A stretch of DNA of 64,000 bases from an uncultured bacterium (GCA_949283025.1 CASDRB010000010.1:226-64225); one strand, 5' to 3'. Positions 40,467 to 50,312 are shown, numbered from the stretch's first letter. The notes: generated from the sequence alone by a model not told the origin. Made by a program: numbers and translations.

Positions 40467-41612
40467 TTTTTCTTGTATGAGTTTATTAACGACATCAAAT
40501 GAATAGTTTTCTAATGCCTTTTTTTGTCCTTGCAAAACTATATCGTGACGCGTTTCTTTACTCATTGTCGCTACTTTTTCTAATGCTTCTTTTAAATCGA
40601 GTGGTGAATCAGAACGCGCCCATATAATTTCTTGCAAAAATATTTTTGCCAGTTTTGTATTTTTTACTGAGATAGTAGGAGAACCCGATACTAAATATTC
40701 AATTGTTTTGCTTGGAATCGAATATCGATCTAAGTCTTCTGAAAATGGTCGTGGATTAATGTTTCCAATAGAATGTTGTTCGTAAAATAAAATGTCATCG
40801 ACTGGAAGCATCTTTAAATAACGTATGTTAGGGTAATCTTTAATGGTGTTGAGCAAACGATGTTCATCTCCATGGTGACCTGCAATAATTAGATAATAAT
40901 CTGGATATTGTTTTAAAAATTGTTTAAATGCTTCTATCAAATTGTAAACGCCATATCTTTCCATTAAAGCACCAGCGAAAAAGAAATATTTGCATTGCAA
41001 TGGCATTCGATCTTCAAAAGTTCTTTTTTCAACTATTCCTTCTAAGATGCAACTAGGTTTATTATGACGGTTGTATAATTCGTTTAATTCATCTGTTAAT
41101 GCTAAATAGCCATCATAATTGGAAGCATTGTTTAGTATATATGTTGAAAAAGAGCGACCGGTATTTGAAATATTAGATGGCGAATCAGTTACAATACCAA
41201 TTATTTTATTTTTATATTTTTTATTAACAGCGTGTTTTAAAAAATGAATTAACGCTGGATTAATCGTATCTGTAAAAATAATCGTATCGGTATTAACTAA
41301 TTGTTTAAATAAAGAATTGATTTGAGTTTGGCAATTGACAAATTTTTTAAAAATTGATCTTGATACCGCTAAATAATGCCATGTGATATTTTTGTCATTT
41401 TTTTCTTCTTTTTCTAGTTTCTTCATATCGCATAAACTTTTTGAAAATGGCCTTAATGATAAAACATCAACCTTATTGTTAATGGCTAAGGAACGAATTA
41501 ATTTATTGTGAAAATTTTGATTAGATGGATTGGGAGCAGATTTCCAATGGGTTATATATTCTTTAAAGTCTTTCTCATTCATCGCAGTAGTGATGTAGAG
41601 TATGTGCTTCAT
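40449..41612 (-). CDS. Glycosyltransferase (GT-B fold, GT1/GT4-like)
   Basis: 387 aa. C-terminal GT-B nucleotide-sugar binding half. Its 3' end overlaps the convergent GT gene by 18 nt. Confidence 0.65.
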   Translation of the reverse strand: MKHILYITTAMNEKDFKEYITHWKSAPNPSNQNFHNKLIRSLAINNKVDVLSLRPFSKSLCDMKKLEKEEKNDKNITWHYLAVSRSIFKKFVNCQTQINSLFKQLVNTDTIIFTDTINPALIHFLKHAVNKKYKNKIIGIVTDSPSNISNTGRSFSTYILNNASNYDGYLALTDELNELYNRHNKPSCILEGIVEKRTFEDRMPLQCKYFFFAGALMERYGVYNLIEAFKQFLKQYPDYYLIIAGHHGDEHRLLNTIKDYPNIRYLKMLPVDDILFYEQHSIGNINPRPFSEDLDRYSIPSKTIEYLVSGSPTISVKNTKLAKIFLQEIIWARSDSPLDLKEALEKVATMSKETRHDIVLQGQKKALENYSFDVVNKLIQEKLFDVI

Positions 41613-42697
41613 TTTTTTATCATCTCCAATATTGCTTGATGTATTTTAATAGCAGCTTCTTCAATTGTATTTTGCTTTGCAGTATCAATAGCTGCTTGTG
41701 CCATATTATCACTTATATTAGAAATTGCATAGTCAATTGTTTCTTGTTTTTTAATATCGACAATATAGCCATTAATTCCATTTTTTAATAAATGCCAAGT
41801 TGAAATAGCTCGATCAGAAGATATGGCGGGCAAGCCTTGACTCATAGCTTCATTTAAAGTGTGACCATAAATATCTTCTTTTGAAAGAGTAATAAAACAA
41901 TCAGATGCTCGATAATAAGGAATCAATTCAAAAGCATCCTTATAATCTAAAATGATAACATTATTCATTTGATTTTGTTTGATAAAATTTTCATACAATG
42001 GCTTTTGTACACCTGATCCAATCAATAAAAGTATTTTGTCAGTATTTAAAAAACTTTTTAATAACTGAATATTATTTTTGCGTTCAATAAATTGGCAAGG
42101 TGAAACAAATATTTGCGAATAGATAGGTAAATTTAATTGCTTTCTTAGTTCCTGTTTTTCTAATTTGCTTAATGGTCTATCTAAAATTTGATGATTAAAG
42201 ATAGTAGAATTGGGATAGTGAAAAATTTTTTCCTTATTTGCGCCATAATAGCATAGGTATTCATCGGCTTTTGCACATGGTGACAAATAATATTTTGCTT
42301 TGGATATAAAACTTTTTTTGATTGCGTATTTTACATCTGATTCATTTTTAACAATGCCACCATTAATAAATAAAACATATGGTATTTTTTTAAGCTTTAA
42401 ATAAGTGATTGTTAACATTTCACTTATGGTTGCATAACCATTCATAACAATTAAATCATAATGTTTTTTTCTTATGGTTTTAATTATTTCAAATGATATA
42501 GAATTCTCGTTTCCAATATAACCAGTCTTGATAAATTTGTGTTCAAATTCATAACTATTTAAAGAATAAAATTTATAATCGCGATTAGAAGCATACATTC
42601 TTTCAAAAATAACTTCGATTGGTATCAATTTGTTTAATTCATTAAATAAATTAACTTTGTATGGAGCCGGTTGATTAAAAACAATTAGAATTCTCAT
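41609..42697 (-). CDS. Glycosyltransferase family 4
   Basis: EAMSQGLPAISSD...GINGYIV matches the GT4 E-x7-E region. Translationally coupled (ATGA) with the downstream GT. Confidence 0.75.
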   Translation of the reverse strand: MRILIVFNQPAPYKVNLFNELNKLIPIEVIFERMYASNRDYKFYSLNSYEFEHKFIKTGYIGNENSISFEIIKTIRKKHYDLIVMNGYATISEMLTITYLKLKKIPYVLFINGGIVKNESDVKYAIKKSFISKAKYYLSPCAKADEYLCYYGANKEKIFHYPNSTIFNHQILDRPLSKLEKQELRKQLNLPIYSQIFVSPCQFIERKNNIQLLKSFLNTDKILLLIGSGVQKPLYENFIKQNQMNNVIILDYKDAFELIPYYRASDCFITLSKEDIYGHTLNEAMSQGLPAISSDRAISTWHLLKNGINGYIVDIKKQETIDYAISNISDNMAQAAIDTAKQNTIEEAAIKIHQAILEMIKK

Positions 42698-42761
42698 AAT
42701 TTTATATTATAACAATATAATTTCTTTTGTTAAACACAACACGATGCGATAATATTTAATC

Positions 42762-43427
42762 ATGATTAATACTTGGACTGATTTTTTTAAATCAATTAAA
42801 AATAAACCATATGCTATAACATTGCATAATTTTTTAAATAATGAATATGCCAACCACGTTTGCTATCCGCCAAGATCTTTAATTTTTAATGCTTTTAATT
42901 TGACTCCTGTCAACGAAGTAAAGGTGGTTATATTTGGTCAAGATCCATATCACGAACCTAATCAAGCAATGGGGCTTTGCTTTTCAGTAAATAAAGGAAT
43001 AAAGCTGCCGCCGTCATTAATAAATATCTATAAAGAAATTGAAGATGAATATAACTTCACCATGGATTATAGCAACGGCGATTTATCATATTTAGCAAAG
43101 CAAGGAGTTTTGTTATTAAACGCCATTTTGAGCGTTCAAAAGTCAATGCCATTATCACACAATATCAAAGAATACACTTTGTTTTTTCAAGATGTTTTAA
43201 CTTTTTTAAATCAACTAGAACAACCTATTGTTTTCCTATTATGGGGCGGATATGCAAAAGCTTTAAAAAAGTATTTAAATAATCCTAATCATTTGATTTT
43301 AGAATGCAATCATCCTTCCCCTTTATCTGCAAATAAAGGTGGGTGGTTTAAAAATAATCATTTTGTTTTGACCAACCAGTTTTTAAAACAACACAATTTA
43401 AAAGAAATAAATTGGTGCAATAAATAA
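42762..43427 (+). CDS. ung: Uracil-DNA glycosylase (family 1)
   Basis: Motifs VVIFGQDPYH (water-activating loop) and HPSPLS (Leu-intercalation loop). 221 aa. TTGTTA-N17-TAATAT promoter ends 7 nt before the ATG (possibly leaderless). Confidence 0.9.
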   Translation: MINTWTDFFKSIKNKPYAITLHNFLNNEYANHVCYPPRSLIFNAFNLTPVNEVKVVIFGQDPYHEPNQAMGLCFSVNKGIKLPPSLINIYKEIEDEYNFTMDYSNGDLSYLAKQGVLLLNAILSVQKSMPLSHNIKEYTLFFQDVLTFLNQLEQPIVFLLWGGYAKALKKYLNNPNHLILECNHPSPLSANKGGWFKNNHFVLTNQFLKQHNLKEINWCNK

Positions 43428-43457
43428 ATATTGCTATCGTTTGTAATTGTTTTATAA

Positions 43458-43572
43458 TGATAGCGGGAGCTGGGCGTACCCGGCTGAGAGGAGCTAATAT
43501 CGAGCTCGACCATACCTGATCTAGGTAATGCTAGCGTAGGGAATTTTTTATTTCCTCCTAGCGGGAGGTTTT
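43458..43572 (+). ncRNA. TPP (thiamine pyrophosphate, THI-box) riboswitch with SD-sequestering/terminator-like expression platform
   Basis: Aptamer ...GGGAGCUGGGCGUACCCGGCUGAGAGGAGC...GACCAUACCUGAUCUAGGUAAUGCUAGCGUAGGGAA matches conserved THI-box blocks (CUGAGA, ACCUGAUCU, GCGUAGGGAA). Followed by UUUCCUCC-UAGCG-GGAGG-U7, where CCUCC can pair with the GGAGG SD of the downstream gene. Confidence 0.85.
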
Positions 43573-43575
43573 TTT

Positions 43576-44559
43576 ATGGAATTTGTAAAAAAAATAAAAA
43601 AAGAGTTGGTTTTAGTAGGGTTATTAATATTGATGTTTGTTGGTCTTTTTCTACCTTACATCTATTATAACGATTCGTTTGAATTAGGATATCAAGCAAT
43701 ATTCGGTCATGGTTTTAATTGGATTATATTTATTTTAATTTTGCCATATATATTATTGGGTGTGTCTATTGGTTTTGTTGTCTATCATCAAAAACATTAT
43801 GTTTTGCCACCATTAGCAATTTTGATGAGTCTAATTGCTTTGACATTATTTATTTTTGTCCCTAGTTTTTATGCATATTTAATTGGTGCAAGTGAATCTG
43901 ATTGTTTTTTAAATGTCGGTCCAATTTTATTGGCTTTTTATTGTGCCATCATCGCTATTTTTGCCTACTCTTTTGTCGATAGAAAAAATAGATATAGCAA
44001 AATAAGTGTTTATGAAATGGTTGAAATTTCAATTTTTGTAGCTATAGCGGTCGTTTTAGATATGTTTGCTCAAATTGATATTGGCGCGACAGGCGGATCT
44101 ATTGGATTTGCTATGTTGCCATTAATGATTATTACTATGAGACATGGCCCAATTAAAGGGTTTGTTGCTTCTGGTATTATTTTTGGTTTTATTACATGCT
44201 TAACTGATGGCTGGGGCTTTGTTTATTTTCCGTTTGATTATTTGTTAGGATTTGGCTCAATTGCATTGTTAGGAATTTTTAACAAGTGGACCATGCCAAA
44301 AGATGATAGTAAAGTCCATGTCAAAGGCGTTATTTTAATTATTGTTGGTGTGATATTAGTCATGATTGGAAGAACGATTGCTTCTTCAATTTCTTCCATG
44401 CTTTTTTATGGATACAATTTAACTGAAGCAATTATCTATCAAATGACATATGTGCCAGGTGCGTGTGGGGCGTCATTGATAGTTTTATTGCTACTTTATA
44501 AACCATTGCTGATAGTTAATAAACGCTACAATGTAAAGAAAAGCGATGAATTAAATTAA
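43576..44559 (+). CDS. thiT: ThiT-like thiamine ECF-transporter S component with about 135-aa N-terminal membrane extension
   Basis: Sits immediately downstream of the TPP riboswitch. The C-terminal approximately 190 aa (six TM, G-rich loop ...DIGATGGSIGFAMLPL...) resembles ECF S-components. The N-terminal approximately 135 aa add about 4 extra TM helices. Confidence 0.6.
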   Translation: MEFVKKIKKELVLVGLLILMFVGLFLPYIYYNDSFELGYQAIFGHGFNWIIFILILPYILLGVSIGFVVYHQKHYVLPPLAILMSLIALTLFIFVPSFYAYLIGASESDCFLNVGPILLAFYCAIIAIFAYSFVDRKNRYSKISVYEMVEISIFVAIAVVLDMFAQIDIGATGGSIGFAMLPLMIITMRHGPIKGFVASGIIFGFITCLTDGWGFVYFPFDYLLGFGSIALLGIFNKWTMPKDDSKVHVKGVILIIVGVILVMIGRTIASSISSMLFYGYNLTEAIIYQMTYVPGACGASLIVLLLLYKPLLIVNKRYNVKKSDELN

Positions 44560-44560
44560 G

Positions 44561-44580
44561 CGGAGCATAGCTCCGTTTTT
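44561..44580 (+). terminator. Rho-independent terminator after thiT-like gene
   Basis: CGGAGC-ATA-GCTCCG followed by TTTTT. Confidence 0.65.
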
Positions 44581-44633
44581 AATTTGACATACTTTAATAT
44601 GTATTTCCATTGTAAATATGTTAATATTTTTCA

Positions 44634-45695
44634 ATGGAGGATAAAATTATGGAAGAAAAAGATAAAATAAATCCTAATTTAGAAAATATTCAACCAGTTG
44701 ACATGAATGTCAATATTTATGAGATTAACAAAAATATTAATCCTGAGACTTTTGCTCAAGAAATTGAAGAACAACGTTTATTGGTTCATAAGGCATACAA
44801 AAAATCTAAGTTGATTTCAAACATTATGATGGGCGTTGTAATATGTTTGATAATTGCTGGCATCATCATGTGGTCGCAAAATAATGATGCTTTAAAAATT
44901 GTTGGCTATGTGTTATTAGGATTAGCTATTGCCGGGATGCTAGTTTTTTATTTTATCAATCGCGGCCGTCTACCAAAAGCGATTAAAACTTACATTGCAT
45001 TCGTCAGCGATCGTTTTAATGGTTATTTATACAAAGATGAAAAATTTCATAATGTGAGTTGCGATCCTAATGAGAAAATTGACGCTGCAACATTGACTGC
45101 CGATCGTTGTTACACTGGAATAGCAAGTTGTGGTTCAAGAAACATTATTCACGGCACATATTTAGACCATCCGTTTTTAGTTGGTGATGTTTCAGCAGTA
45201 GGTTTAGAAGGTAAAAAGAAACAAATTGATTTATTCGTAGGCAAATATATATCTTATGATAATGGTTTTAAATTTGACGGACGCATCGTAATTAATGTTC
45301 GTTTAAAAGGTGAAAAATTAATAGATTTGCCTAATGATACATATGATTTGGAACAAGTAATTCAAGACGGACAATTGACGGTTTGGGCTACTGCTGGGTT
45401 AGATTATAAAGCAGTTATTAATACTAAATTATTGTCACAACTTAAAGATTTTGATGTTGATGAAAGCAAACATTTGCTCAACTTAAATGTCGTGATTTGG
45501 GGTGGACATACTGCTGTGTATTTAAGTTATGACAACTCTTTAATGTCTTTCCCTTTTGAAAATCCTTACAATAGACATCCTATCGATTGTTTTAAACGTG
45601 ATCAAGACCGTGTATTTTCGATGTTTGAAGATATGTTAAAAGAAAAAACAGTTCGTTTAGAAAAGGTAAATTTGCCATCTTCAAGTGAGGAGTAA
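44634..45695 (+). CDS. Membrane-anchored protein (cytoplasmic N-terminus, 2 TM, about 240-aa extracytoplasmic domain), unknown function
   Basis: GGAGG RBS. Hydrophobicity profile. No recognisable catalytic motif. Confidence 0.45.
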   Translation: MEDKIMEEKDKINPNLENIQPVDMNVNIYEINKNINPETFAQEIEEQRLLVHKAYKKSKLISNIMMGVVICLIIAGIIMWSQNNDALKIVGYVLLGLAIAGMLVFYFINRGRLPKAIKTYIAFVSDRFNGYLYKDEKFHNVSCDPNEKIDAATLTADRCYTGIASCGSRNIIHGTYLDHPFLVGDVSAVGLEGKKKQIDLFVGKYISYDNGFKFDGRIVINVRLKGEKLIDLPNDTYDLEQVIQDGQLTVWATAGLDYKAVINTKLLSQLKDFDVDESKHLLNLNVVIWGGHTAVYLSYDNSLMSFPFENPYNRHPIDCFKRDQDRVFSMFEDMLKEKTVRLEKVNLPSSSEE

Positions 45696-45696
45696 A

Positions 45697-46233
45697 ATGT
45701 CGTTTCTTTATCATTGGGTACAAATAAAAAGTTTCAAGCACGATGGGGTTTTTCATCGTTTTTGGGATCGTGGTTTAGTTGTTTTAGACAATGATGATTT
45801 TATTGTTGTAGCTTCAAAACACTCAAAAGTTGTTGAAACAAATGGACGACGTTGGTTTACTAAAGAACCAGCGGTTACCGTTTTTTCTAAAAAGCGTTGG
45901 TACAACGTCATATGCATGTTAAAAGAAGGTGGTGTTGCTTATTATTGCAATATCGCTTCTCCATGTTTAATTGAAAAAAATACAATCAAGTATATCGATT
46001 ATGATTTAGATATAAAATTAAACGAAAAAGGTAACTTAAAAATACTTGATGAAAAGGAATATCAAAATCATCGACAAGCATATGATTATTCACAAGACCT
46101 CGATTTTATTTTAAAAGCGGAATTAGAAGATGTTGAAAATGATATTAAACAACACAATTTCCCATTTGACGACAAAAAAATATACGATTTATACAATGAA
46201 TATTTAAAACACATAGAAAAAAGTGATGAATAA
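45697..46233 (+). CDS. DUF402 family protein (YgaC/Ntdp-like nucleoside tri/diphosphatase)
   Basis: GAGGAG RBS before the ATG at 45697 (MSFLYHWVQIK...). Sequence pattern typical of DUF402/FomD-like proteins. The track start at 45685 is an upstream extension. Confidence 0.55.
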   Translation: MSFLYHWVQIKSFKHDGVFHRFWDRGLVVLDNDDFIVVASKHSKVVETNGRRWFTKEPAVTVFSKKRWYNVICMLKEGGVAYYCNIASPCLIEKNTIKYIDYDLDIKLNEKGNLKILDEKEYQNHRQAYDYSQDLDFILKAELEDVENDIKQHNFPFDDKKIYDLYNEYLKHIEKSDE

Positions 46234-46702
46234 TATGGAAAAAGAATTTATTACATATGATGCTAAACAAACAATTGATTTAGGCAAGCAAATTGCAAAG
46301 TATGTATTTCCTAATCTTGTCATTGCTTTAACTGGTGATTTAGGTGCTGGAAAAACCACATTAGTTCAAGGCATTGCATTAGGGTTGGGTATAAATGAAA
46401 AAGTTACTTCCCCAACTTTTAATATATTAAAGTGCTATTTTCATAATCCTATTTCGTTATATCACATTGATGCTTATCGTTTATTAGATACAAATAAAGA
46501 TATAGGCTTAGAAGAATTTATTGATGGTGATGGTGTATGCGTTATTGAATGGCCACAATATATTCAAGAATATTTGCCTTTTCAATTTTTAAAAGTCGAG
46601 TTGCATCACCTCCAAGACAATGCAAGAAAAATTATTATTCAAACTGATATTAATCAATTAAAAGAATTATTTGATGAAATCGAGGTGAATAAAAATGTAT
46701 AG
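46223..46702 (+). CDS. tsaE: tRNA threonylcarbamoyladenosine biosynthesis ATPase TsaE
   Basis: Walker A GDLGAGKTT. About 155 aa. The start may be the internal ATG at 46235. Confidence 0.8.
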   Translation: MMNNMEKEFITYDAKQTIDLGKQIAKYVFPNLVIALTGDLGAGKTTLVQGIALGLGINEKVTSPTFNILKCYFHNPISLYHIDAYRLLDTNKDIGLEEFIDGDGVCVIEWPQYIQEYLPFQFLKVELHHLQDNARKIIIQTDINQLKELFDEIEVNKNV

Positions 46703-47279
46703 TGTTATTTTAGACTCTTCCAATCAAGATTTACTAGTGGCATTGGCAAAAGAGGATGCATTGATCGATGTTGTTTGTTATCCCGCTTGGCAACGACAAT
46801 CTGAATTGATGGTTAAGGAGATGGAAAATCTTTTTATTAAACACAATGTCGATAAAAGCGATATTGGAGATGTTATTGTTAGTATCGGCCCTGGTTCATA
46901 TACCGGTGTTAGAATAGCTTTAACAATCGCTAAAACAATGAATTTAGCATTAAATATTCCTATTTATCCAATTTCATCTTTGCACGCAATGAAAGATGAT
47001 AATCTTCCTTCGATATGCTTAATTAATGCTCGCAGCAATCGTTCATATATCGGTGTATATGAAAACGAAAATGTAATAATCAGCGACACCATTTTTAATA
47101 ACGATGATGTCAAGGCATATATTTTATCGCATCCTAATTATCATTTGATGGGGGATTTAAAATATTTAAACTTAAACGGCAAAAAACCTGATGTTGCTAA
47201 ACAATTATTAAAACTTAAAAAAATAACTAAGCCTTTGCATGACGGTCTTGGGTTAAAGCCAATTTATTTAAAAAATTAA
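46695..47279 (+). CDS. tsaB: tRNA threonylcarbamoyladenosine biosynthesis protein TsaB (YeaZ-like)
   Basis: Inactive Kae1/YgjD paralog fold (GPGSYTGVRIA). Located between tsaE and rimI. Confidence 0.75.
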   Translation: MYSVILDSSNQDLLVALAKEDALIDVVCYPAWQRQSELMVKEMENLFIKHNVDKSDIGDVIVSIGPGSYTGVRIALTIAKTMNLALNIPIYPISSLHAMKDDNLPSICLINARSNRSYIGVYENENVIISDTIFNNDDVKAYILSHPNYHLMGDLKYLNLNGKKPDVAKQLLKLKKITKPLHDGLGLKPIYLKN

Positions 47280-47281
47280 TT

Positions 47282-47734
47282 ATGTCGAAATTAGAATATA
47301 TAATCTCACCAATGAAAGTTGGAGATATTGAAAGTGTTGTTCAACTTGAAAGACAAATTTTTAAAAATCCTTGGGATTTGTCGGCTTATGAGCAAGATTT
47401 AGTTAATAATCCGTGCTCATATTTGTATGTTTTAAAATATGGCGACATACTTATTGGATACATTGATTTTTGGATTACATTTGATTCTGCCACCCTGTGT
47501 AAAATTGGAATTGACCCAAAATATCAAGGCCGACATTTATCATCATTATTAATGGATAAAATGATTGATGAATTGCGTTTTCAAAAAATTAAATACATCA
47601 CTTTAGAGGTGCGTTCATCCAATCAAAAAGCAATCGCTTTATACAATAAATACGGATTTTATTTTGAGACATTGAAAAAACAATATTACGCCGATGGAGA
47701 AGACGCCTTGTATCTAGTTAAGGAGGTTAAGTAA
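47282..47734 (+). CDS. rimI: Ribosomal-protein-alanine N-acetyltransferase (GNAT)
   Basis: GNAT motif region (Q-x-x-G-x-G/A: KYQGRHLSSLLMD). Conserved tsaB-rimI-tsaD arrangement. Confidence 0.75.
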   Translation: MSKLEYIISPMKVGDIESVVQLERQIFKNPWDLSAYEQDLVNNPCSYLYVLKYGDILIGYIDFWITFDSATLCKIGIDPKYQGRHLSSLLMDKMIDELRFQKIKYITLEVRSSNQKAIALYNKYGFYFETLKKQYYADGEDALYLVKEVK

Positions 47735-48750
47735 TGAGCAAGATAATTTTAGCAATTGAATCTAGTTGCGATGAAACAGCATGCGCAATTATCAAAGATG
47801 ATAAACTGTTATCTAATATCGTTTCTACCCAGATTGAAGTCCATGCTAAATATGGTGGAGTAATGCCAGAGATTGCTTCTAGGCTCCATGCTGAAAACAT
47901 CGGAATAGTCATTAAAGAAGCCTTACACAAAGCAAATGTTTCATTAAATGAAGTAGACGGATTTGCCATAACTCGTGGACCGGGTTTAATTGGGGCGCTT
48001 CATGTTGGTATGCAAGCAGCTAAAACTTTATCGCTTTTATATAAAAAACCGCTGATACCAGTTCATCATTTAGCAGGCCATATATACGCTAATAATTTTG
48101 TTGGTAAATTACAATTTCCCTTATTGGCTATTGTTGTTTCTGGGGGGAATACTGAATTTGTCATCATGGAAAAAGACTTAGATTTTAAAATTATCGGTCG
48201 CACTAAAGATGATGCTGTCGGCGAATGTTTTGATAAAGTGGCTCGAGTGTTAGGCCTTCCTTATCCTGGAGGTATTCCAATTGATAAAAATGCTAAATTA
48301 GGAAAACATATTTATCATTTACCTACTCCATTGCACGATGACTCATTTGACTTTTCGTATTCTGGTTTAAAAACTAATGTCATTAATTTAGTGCATAAAC
48401 ATGAGCAAAATAATGACCCAATTAACATTAATGATATGTGCAAATCATTTCAAGATACAGCAATAGATATGATAGTTGAAAAAGCAAGAAAGGCCGCATT
48501 GAAATATCATGTAAAACAAATTGTTTTAGCAGGTGGCGTATCCGCTAATTCGTATTTAAGAGAACAAATGATAAACACAGCTAAAAAAATTAAAGTGGAT
48601 ATTATTGTTCCGCCTATGTGGTGTTGCACTGATAATGCAGCTATGATTGCTATGGTTGGTTCAATGCTGTATGATCGTCATGTTTTCGCGCCATTAGATA
48701 TTTCTGTTGATCCAAATTGGGAAATTGAAGATTATCTTAAATTTAATTGA
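47734..48750 (+). CDS. tsaD: tRNA N6-adenosine threonylcarbamoyltransferase
   Basis: Kae1/YgjD family: SCDETA, HHLAGH metal-binding motifs. 338 aa. Confidence 0.9.
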   Translation: MSKIILAIESSCDETACAIIKDDKLLSNIVSTQIEVHAKYGGVMPEIASRLHAENIGIVIKEALHKANVSLNEVDGFAITRGPGLIGALHVGMQAAKTLSLLYKKPLIPVHHLAGHIYANNFVGKLQFPLLAIVVSGGNTEFVIMEKDLDFKIIGRTKDDAVGECFDKVARVLGLPYPGGIPIDKNAKLGKHIYHLPTPLHDDSFDFSYSGLKTNVINLVHKHEQNNDPININDMCKSFQDTAIDMIVEKARKAALKYHVKQIVLAGGVSANSYLREQMINTAKKIKVDIIVPPMWCCTDNAAMIAMVGSMLYDRHVFAPLDISVDPNWEIEDYLKFN

Positions 48751-48801
48751 ATATAAATACAACAAACAATAAAATATATAAAATATACGAGGTCTATTTT
48801 A

Positions 48802-50183
48802 TGGATTATAAAGTTATGAGCGATATTGAACTTCGCCAAATTGCCTTAAGTGGCAAAATCAAAGGTTATGAATTTGTAGAATTATCGGGTTGGGTTAGAA
48901 CTAATCGTGATAATGGATCAATCGGTTTTATTGAATTAAATGATGGAACCCATTTTTTAAATGTTCAATTAGTCTATTTAAAAGATAATGAAACTATTTA
49001 TAACACATGCAAAGCAATTCGAACTGGAGAAGCAATTAAAGTAAAAGGCGAACTAGTTTTAACGCCTGGTGGTAAACAATCTTTTGAAATTAGAGTCCAT
49101 GCGTTAGAAGTATTAGGTACATGCGACGATGATTATCCTTTGCAAAAGAAAAGACATTCATTTGAATTTTTAAGGGAAATAGCCCATTTAAGACCTCGCG
49201 CTAATACTTTTTATGCTTTGTATCGTGTAAGAAGCGTTTTATCTATGGCTATACATCGTTTTTTCCAAGATCGAGGTTTTGTTTATGTTCATACTCCAAT
49301 CATTACCTCAAACGATTGTGAAGGAGCTGGACAAGTTTTTGATGTTGTCACTCAAGGAAAAGACCCATTTGCTTTTTTTAAACAACATGTCAACTTAACC
49401 GTTTCTGGTCAATTGCATGTCGAACCTTTTGCTTTGGCTTTTAAAAATGTCTATACTTTTGGTCCGACTTTTAGAGCAGAAAATTCTAATACTCCTAGAC
49501 ACGCTGCAGAATTTTGGATGATTGAACCAGAAATTGCATTTGCAGATTTAAACGATGATATGAATTTGATCGAAGAATGCGTTAAATACTGCATTGAATA
49601 TGTCTTGAGTAATTGCCCAGATGAAATGAACTTTTTTGCAAATATGATTGATAAAGGTTTAATGGATAGATTAAACCATGTCTTAAATTCAGAATTCAAA
49701 CGCATGACATATACGCAAGCCATTGATATTTTGATTGAAGCAGTTAAAAATGGCCATGAATTTGAAAACAAAAATATTGAATGGGGCATGGATTTACAAA
49801 GCGAACATGAGCGTTATGTAACTGAACATGTTGTAAAAGGGCCAGTATTTTTAATCGATTATCCAAAAGAGATAAAAGCCTTTTATATGCGTTTAAACGA
49901 TGATGGAAAAACAGTAGCTGCTTGTGATTTGTTAGTGCCTGGAGTTGGTGAATTGGTCGGTGGTTCGCAACGTGAAGAACGTTATGAATTGCTCAAAGCA
50001 AAAATGGATGAAATGAATATTTCAAAGGGCTTGGAGTGGTATTTAGATACTAGACGTTATGGCGGATGTAAACACGCTGGATTTGGAATCGGGTTCGATC
50101 GGTTTTTGATGTATTTAACAGGTGTTAATAATATTCGTGATACTGAACCTTTCCCTAGAACAGCAAATAGTATAAAATATTGA
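48802..50183 (+). CDS. asnS: Asparaginyl-tRNA synthetase
   Basis: Class IIb aaRS with N-terminal OB fold. Motifs FRAENSNTPRHAAEFWMIEPE and GFGIGFDR. GAGG RBS before the ATG at 48802 (the track ORF starts at the TTG at 48747). Confidence 0.9.
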
Positions 50184-50184
50184 T

Positions 50185-50310
50185 ATGGATGAATACGAAA
50201 ACAAGAAAAAGTTGCTATCTAAACGAAGAATTTATTTAGCGTTTATTGGATTAGATATTGTCTTTGCGGCTTATTTAATCTATCAAGTGATTTGTGTTTT
50301 TACAAATTAA
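50185..50310 (+). CDS. Possible small single-TM protein (41 aa, MDEYENKKKLLSKRRIYLAFIGLDIVFAAYLIYQVICVFTN)
   Basis: Found by manual translation. ATG lies 1 nt after the asnS stop, and the ORF ends at the terminator. No independent RBS, so it is weak. Confidence 0.2.
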   Translation: MDEYENKKKLLSKRRIYLAFIGLDIVFAAYLIYQVICVFTN

Positions 50311-50312
50311 AA

